From an uncultured Gammaproteobacteria bacterium (GTDB lineage Bacteria > Pseudomonadota > Gammaproteobacteria > CAWCPV01), in the NCBI GenBank assembly GCA_963797555.1, contig CAWCPV010000002.1, positions 1 to 64,000 of the forward strand: a stretch of DNA of 64,000 nucleotides, read 5' to 3'. This document shows positions 56,481-64,000 of the stretch, in pieces (position 1 is the first letter of the stretch; each line of letters starts with the position of its first letter). Both the position numbers and the translations under genes were made by a program. The notes under the pieces are model-generated. The model had not been told where the DNA came from and ran no database searches. It saw only the letters and a list, made by a program, of their open reading frames with translations.

Positions 56481-56740
56481 GCCGTGCAGATGGTCGACGC
56501 ACAGGTGCCGACCACCGATGGGCGCGAATTGACGTTCACCCGCTACACCCAACCTGAGCCAGAACTGCAACTGCTCTTCGCGCAGTTGAAGCTCGAACTG
56601 CCCGCACAACCAGCTCCGAAAATCAGCACCGCCCACACTGCCTCAGCCGCCGCGATGTAGCGCAGACCTTGCCAGGCGCCCTCTCGCAATTTCAACCACT
56701 TACGCTATCCCTACCCCGCGAATCCGCGAAGTCGGGCTAG
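56481..56740 (+). mobile_element. IS1634 3'-end fragment
   Basis: Near-identical inverted copy of 60796-61055. Confidence 0.9.
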
Positions 56741-56808
56741 TGCAGTGCGGTACGCGTCTGGTCGCTGCCTTGATATTTAGCAGCTCAAGCACGATCGACA
56801 GCGCCAAC

Positions 56809-57670
56809 CTACTCCAAGAGCCTGACGCGCTCCGCATCCCGCCCATTCAGCCAGCTCAGCGCTAGCGGGTCCCCGGTCGCTTGGAGCGCCTTCTCGTCCG
56901 CAAACAGGAACATCCGGGAGCCCTGACCGTCGTTGAGCTGCTTATTGGCCTCGATGAGGTTCTGGACCCGCTGAGGCGAGCTGGTCACACTGAGCACGCG
57001 AAAGTTCTTGAAGCCGTACACCTTCGTGTGAATGGCCTGCTTCCAGGTCTCGTGGTAGGCCAGCATCTTGCGGTAAAACGAAGTCTGCCGCAGGTCCGAG
57101 CGGAACACCGGCATCGTAGCCCGATCCGCCTCCAGGAAGAAGTAGGCTTTGTTCTTCCCCTCGGGTCTGTCCGTGAAGTGGAGCCCGAACATCTTGTCCG
57201 GGATCACCCCCAGCGTGAGCGCCTGGCCGCGGTGGGTGCAGGTGACATTCCACTTGAGGGGCGCCCTCCTTCTGCGGGTCACCTCCAGCGCCTGCTCCAG
57301 AATCTCTGAAGACCGGATCATCTTCACGGTACCGGCCGGCCGGCACGAAGCCTCGATCGCCACCATGAAGTCCGCCACCAGGAGCGTGTGGTCGAGATCG
57401 AACTTTCCCCGCGGAACGTGGTAAAGCTCTGCCAGCAGATCCGCACCCTTATTTCCGAGCGCATAGACCATGGGCTTGGAGCCCACCCGGCTGTAGAAGT
57501 CGATCTGCTCCTTCAACCGGTCCAGGTAGTGATGGTGGTAGAGAAGACCCAGCCGTCGGACAAGTCCTTGCCCGCCGCCAACAAGCGTAGCAAGGTGGGT
57601 GGACCGCAGGAACCGATGACGGAAGACATGGAGCAGGATCTCGACATCCCGCTCGGTGAGCTGGATATGC
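56809..57670 (-). pseudogene. Replication-relaxation (Replic_Relax) family protein, 5' truncated
   Basis: LTERD..IL..VFRHRFL, LDHTL, IPD and FFLEADRATMP motifs. Confidence 0.78.
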
Positions 57671-57688
57671 CCCTCCGGGGCTCGCCGG

Positions 57689-57942
57689 ATGGAGGGCGAG
57701 GTCGATCACACCATGCAACTGGATGGCACCGGCCCGGGTGACTACCGCTCCGTCGTTGCTTTCTTTGCCCGGCAACTGCTCAAGGACTTGCGCCTGGTCG
57801 GCGGCTACGACCAGATCTATCCCAAGGTCAAGGTGTTCATCCGCGACCACCTCTTCACCCAGCCGGTCGATCTCGAAGACCCGGTCATCCTGCGCAACCT
57901 GTCCGAGCCGGAAGTCGGCAAGGTGCTGTTCGACCACTTGCG
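57689..57942 (+). pseudogene. Probable fragment of a type III restriction Res-like protein
   Basis: DYRSVVAFFARQLLKDLRLVGGYD..Y.KVK.FI...LF..PVDLED...LRNLSE, recognised from memory. Confidence 0.5.
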
Positions 57943-57944
57943 TG

Positions 57945-58696
57945 AGCCGGCGATATGCCCCAGGTCGCCCACGTAGTCCGCCGGGGGTCGGACGTCCAGC
58001 ACCAAGAGGTCCTGTTGCTTGTCGAGGCGCGACTTCAGGGCTTCGACGTTCAGGCTCGGGCCGCGCCGCAGGCGGCTGACGAGACGCGGCAAGAAGGCGA
58101 GTGCGACCAGCAGGGCCAGGGCCAGCAGAACCTTCCGGATCAAGCCCTGCTCACCGGTGACCGCCTCACGTCCCGCGTAGCCGACGTAGGTGAAAGCGAT
58201 CGATCCGGCAGCATGAAGACGTAGGTGGCCGCGAGGTAATGGAGGAAACGCCCGCGGGTCAGGCCGAGCGCATAGTTGAGAAGGTTGAAGGGGAATAGCG
58301 GGACCAGGCGCACGAATGCCACGAAGCGCCATCCTCCCGATTCCGCTCCCTGAATGAGTTGCTGCAGCTTCCCCCGACTTTGCGTTCTACCCAGCTCGCG
58401 GCGAGATAGCGGGCGATCAGAAAGGCCGCTGAGGCGCCGAGCGTAGCCCCGCCGAGGTTGTACAATATGCCCCAGAAGGCGCCGAACAGGGCGCCCCCAG
58501 CCAGGGCCAGCACCGAACCCGGCACGAACAGCACCGTGGCCAGCGCATAAAGCACCACGAAAGCGACCGGCGCTGCAACTCCCGCCTGCTGGACCCAATG
58601 CTCCACGGTGGCCGCATCGAAGTCACCGCGGTGCAAGACCGTCCATGCGATACCTCGCGCCGAGGACAAGGAGCAGAGCGAGCCGCAGCAGATCAA
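57945..58696 (-). pseudogene. TVP38/DedA plus rhodanese membrane protein (frameshifted, 3' truncated)
   Basis: GATLGA..AFLIARY, RLVPLFPFNLLNYALGLT and LDVR....GHIAG motifs. Confidence 0.82.
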
Positions 58697-59553
58697 CGCG
58701 CCTCACCGGTTCCTCCCCAGCGGCGACGGTTGATAACATAGTCGGACACGTTGCCGATGAAAGGCAGCGCAAGCATCCCGGGAAGGGTGCAACAGCGCCT
58801 GGGGTCTCGGAAGGTCCAGATGCCGATGGTCATCTGCTCGTGGCTGGCCCGCGGCTGGCTGCGATAGGTGCCGAACAGCCGGTCCCACCACGGGAGGTTG
58901 AAGCCGAAGTTGCTGTTGGTCTCGTCGTCCTCCACCGAGTGGTGCACGCGGTGCATGTCGGGCGTCACCACGAAGAGCCGCAACATCCGGTCCGCCGCCA
59001 CGGGAATGCGCACGTTCCCATGGTTGAATAGGGACGTGGCGTTGAGCAGGACCTCGAAGAGGAGCACCGCAACGGCGGGTGGACCCAGTACCGTGACCGC
59101 CGCGAGCTTGACGAGCATGGAGAGGATGATCTCGATGGGATGGAAGCGGGCGCCGGTGGTCACATCGAAGTCGAGATCCGCGTGGTGGACGCGGTGCAGC
59201 CGCCAGAGGGCCGGGATCGCGTGGAACATCACATGCTGCAGATAAATGGCGAAGTCGAGGGCAAGGATCGAGCCGACCGCGGCCGCCCAGTGGGGCACGG
59301 ACACATTGTTGAGAAGTCCCCAGCCGCGCTCCGTCGCGAACAGGGCCATGCCGACCGCCGCGGCGGGAAACAGGAGCCTCAGCAAGACGCTGTTGAGCAG
59401 CACGACGCCGAGGTTGGTCACCCAGCGCATGGCCTTGGATATCGCGAGGGCCCGACGCGGCGCAAGCAGCTCCCAAAGCGCCATCAGCAGCAAGATGCCG
59501 AGAAAGCCTCCGAGCCGGATTGCTGGCTCGTGATTGATGATAAGCTCGTCCAT
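58693..59553 (-). CDS. Sterol desaturase / fatty acid hydroxylase family protein
   Basis: HVMFH, HRVHH, RFHPIE, HRVHHS and WDRLFGTY His boxes. Confidence 0.92.
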   Translation of the reverse strand: MDELIINHEPAIRLGGFLGILLLMALWELLAPRRALAISKAMRWVTNLGVVLLNSVLLRLLFPAAAVGMALFATERGWGLLNNVSVPHWAAAVGSILALDFAIYLQHVMFHAIPALWRLHRVHHADLDFDVTTGARFHPIEIILSMLVKLAAVTVLGPPAVAVLLFEVLLNATSLFNHGNVRIPVAADRMLRLFVVTPDMHRVHHSVEDDETNSNFGFNLPWWDRLFGTYRSQPRASHEQMTIGIWTFRDPRRCCTLPGMLALPFIGNVSDYVINRRRWGGTGEAR

Positions 59554-59619
59554 CGGTTGACCGCTGGCCAGGCACCGAGTAATGCTCAAGTGTTCCATTG
59601 AATACATTCCGACAGCGCC

Positions 59620-60312
59620 ATGTCAAGTAGCTCGTTCAAGCAGCGCCTGTTCGACCAATTCGCCCTGATCGCCAAAGCCCTCGCCAGCGGACGCCGGCTG
59701 GAGTTGCTGGAGTACCTGGCACAGGGTGAGCGCAGCGTGGAGGCCTTGGCCGAGGTATCGGGCCTCAGCCTCGCGAACGCCTCCCAGCACCTGCAGCAGC
59801 TTCGCCGCGCCGGGCTCGCCGCCCCGCGCAAGGCCGGTCAGCACGTGTACTACCGGCTAGCGGACGCCAAGGTCATCGAGCTGATGAGCGTGCTGCGGGC
59901 CATCGCAGAGAAGAACTTGGCCGAGGTCGAGCGACTCGTGAGGAGCTACCTCGCCGTGAAGGACGACTTGGAGCCCGTCCCGGCCGAGGAGCTGCGCGAA
60001 CGCATGCGGCACGGTCTGGTAACGGTGCTGGATGTGCGTCCGGCGGAGGAGTTCGCGGCGGGCCATCTGCCCGGCGCCATCAACATCCCGCTCAAAGTGT
60101 TGGAGGAGAACCTGGAGCGGCTGCCGCGCGATTCCGAGATTGTGGCCTACTGCCGCGGTCCTTACTGTGTGCTCGCCTTCGAGGCGGTTTCGAGACTGCG
60201 GGCAAAAGGCTTCCAGGCGAAGCGACTGGAGAACGGCTATCCCGAGTGGAAGGGCGCCGGCCTGCCGGTGGAAGAGTCCATCCACGCGAGCGCTGCTCGG
60301 GACAATACCTAG
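59620..60312 (+). CDS. ArsR-family regulator fused to a rhodanese domain
   Basis: KALAS.RRLELL, ASQHL, LDVRP..EF..GHLPGA and YCRGPYC motifs. Confidence 0.93.
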   Translation: MSSSSFKQRLFDQFALIAKALASGRRLELLEYLAQGERSVEALAEVSGLSLANASQHLQQLRRAGLAAPRKAGQHVYYRLADAKVIELMSVLRAIAEKNLAEVERLVRSYLAVKDDLEPVPAEELRERMRHGLVTVLDVRPAEEFAAGHLPGAINIPLKVLEENLERLPRDSEIVAYCRGPYCVLAFEAVSRLRAKGFQAKRLENGYPEWKGAGLPVEESIHASAARDNT

Positions 60313-60795
60313 GCTGTACGAGGCAGACCCACCGCGTCGCAAGGCCGCGGCGCCGCCACTCGTTCCCGGAATGACCTTAACGCCTGAAGTCGGCGCGGCG
60401 CGTTCGACGGGGACTGCCGGCGACCCGGCCGAAGCCTCGTGGTCGGTTACGAGCGGGCCCGTCGGGACCCAATAGTCACCTCTCCGACTTCCGAGGGCAA
60501 CTCCGTGTTGCCACGGTATATGCCTCGCTGGACAGGCTCAAGCTCCAACGCAAGCTCGACGAGATCGGTCGGACCCGCCTGAGTGACGCGGAGGGGGGTA
60601 CGTGAGCATGCGGTCGCGGCCGTATGCTGTCCTCGCCGGGCTGGGAGCGGCCCTTCTGATCCGCAGGGAGGAGCAGACCCAGCAGCGCTTCGTCCGCACC
60701 CCTGCGGGATACACAGGCCGCACGCCCGCTCTTCACCGACGAGTCGAACCGCGACCAAGCGGACGATCCGCCCGTTCCTCGATGCACCATAGACC

Positions 60796-62502
60796 CTAGC
60801 CCGACTTCGCGGATTCGCGGGGTAGGGATAGCGTAAGTGGTTGAAATTGCGAGAGGGCGCCTGGCAAGGTCTGCACTACATCGCGGCGGCTGAGGCAGTG
60901 TGGGCGGTGCTGATTTTCGGAGCTGGTGGTGCGGGCAGTTCGAGCTTCAACTGCGCGAGGAGCAGTTGCAGTTCTGGCTCAGGTTGGGTGTAGCGGGTGA
61001 ACGTCAATTCGCGCCCATCGGTGGTCGGCACCTGTGCGTCGACCATCTGCACGGCGGCGAATTTCTCCAGCACGCTGCGCGTGGTTAATCCAGGCGCGAG
61101 CGCATGCAAACGTCGCCCGAGCGTGACATGCAGACAATAGGCAAGAAAGGCAATGAAGATATGGGCTTCGATACGCTCGATGTGTTGATGAAAGATTGGC
61201 CGAATGGCCAAATCCCCCTTGAGATTCTTGAATGCTTCTTCCACCGCCACCAGTTGCAGGTAAACCCCCATAGCTTGGCGGGATCGGTGTCGGTGAGATT
61301 GGTGCGCAGCAGATACCGTCCTTCGCGCCGGCGCACTTCACGCAGCTTATCGCGGCGCAGGCGGTAGCTAAACGTGGCGTCCTTGGGGTCGACCTCCAGT
61401 TGAACCAAGCGCCATACCGCCGGGCCGTGTTGGCGCGCCGCACCGAGCTTCATCAGCAGTTGCTCGCGGGTGAGCTGCATGGTCGCGAGTTTCTTCAACC
61501 GCGCCCATAACCACTTCAGCTTGCGCCGTCGTATCGCACGCTCCTTCGCCACGCGCTGTTCACTTTGCGCGTACACATACAGCTCCCCATCCTGCGCCAA
61601 CAGTTTCACGGCTACGCCGGGGCGCGCTTCCCGCCACGGCTTGAGCAGCAGCGCGCTCTCCAATTTGCTGAGCCGCCCCTTGGGCGTGCCCACCAGGTCA
61701 GTGCACTGGCGGGCGACTTGCGCGCATCTCTTCCAGCACCGCTTCGGTCGGAATGCCGCGGTCCATCACCCAAATCCGCTGCGCTCTTCCGTACTGACGC
61801 TCAATGCGCGCGAGGAACTCCTTCAACGTCGTCTTGTCGGCCGTATTGCCCGCCAACACTTCATAGGCCAAGGGCAAGCCTTCCGGGGTCACCACCCAGG
61901 CGATCACCACCTGCACACAGTCCCTGCGCTTATCGCGCGAGTGGCCGAATCGTCGTTTGTCCTGCTCCGACTGCGGGGGCTCACACTCAAAGTAGGTGCT
62001 CGTGAGGTCGTAGAGCAGCACCTCGAAGGTGGCATTGAACAGATCCCGCCACCGCCGCACCAGATGGTCAAAGACCGCCGCCTTGTGCTCCAGCAAGCGG
62101 TCGTGACAGACATACAGCCGGTGGCTGTCGGAGAGCGCCGCATCCGCTCCGAGCAAATCCGTCAAGGCCGTACGGCCAAACCACTCCCGGTGCAACCGCC
62201 ACTCGCTGCCCGGTGCCAGCAACCGATAGGCCACGAGCACGAATAACACCTGATCCCACCGAGTGCCCTTGCGACTCGGCGTTAACCGTTCCCACCAGAA
62301 GCTCCTTGCCGTCTTTCTTCCGAGTCGTGGCCCGTAGAAACATGATGGAACATCATTATCCGCAGATTTTTCCCCTTGAAAACAAGCAAGGTCTTCACTA
62401 CAGCGCGTTTCAACCCTTTTTGGCTCACCACGGTCCCCACAAACAATCACTTACCCCTGGCCAGCGGGCCAATCGCCGTGCGAATCCGCGAAGTCGGGCT
62501 AG
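60796..62502 (-). mobile_element. IS1634-family element (frameshifted transposase, 5' part deleted)
   Basis: TIR CTAGCCCGACTTCGCGGATTCGC at both ends; LYDLTSTYFE, VMDRG and EEAFKNLK motifs; no TSD seen. Confidence 0.9.
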
Positions 62503-62664
62503 GCTACCGCCCCCGCCAGCCCGTGGTCTGATCCCGGGACAGCCCCATCGGCGCACCCTGCAGCTCTTTCCTGTTCAACCGGCAAGCCCTCTCGCGACGC
62601 TCACGCCTTGCGATCCGCTGCAATGGAGCGACCGCAGAGGGAGTGACCGGACACGACCGCCTAG

Positions 62665-64000
<1,336 letters not shown>

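Overview
GC-rich gammaproteobacterial-type chromosome. Core genes sit at both edges (trpG-trpD-trpC-osmC-VOC at left, leuS at right), and between them is a ~59 kb accessory region heavily reshaped by insertion sequences. The main feature is a 13.0 kb Mu-like element (13902-26909) with TG...CA ends, repeated transposase-binding sites and a 5-bp target duplication (CGCTG). It encodes a repressor, a Ner-like protein, MuA, MuB, GemA, a DUF3486/gp27-like protein, Mor and a head protease-scaffold, but no portal, large terminase, major capsid, tail or lysis gene. It is a candidate transposable phage satellite. It carries an integron cassette with an attC-targeting group IIC intron relic and recC fragments, and it lies in a four-level nest (HTH gene > IS1634 > IS4 with DUF4338 passenger > mini-Mu > IS630). 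An IS-free copy of the nest's target locus is also in the window. Other content: a DGR relic, several toxin-antitoxin/immunity pairs, a TIR protein, a ParA next to a 22-aa-repeat protein that has an inverted paralog, a permuted HNH gene and many gene fragments. Many single-base frameshifts may be long-read assembly errors. Family calls come from motif recognition, not database searches.
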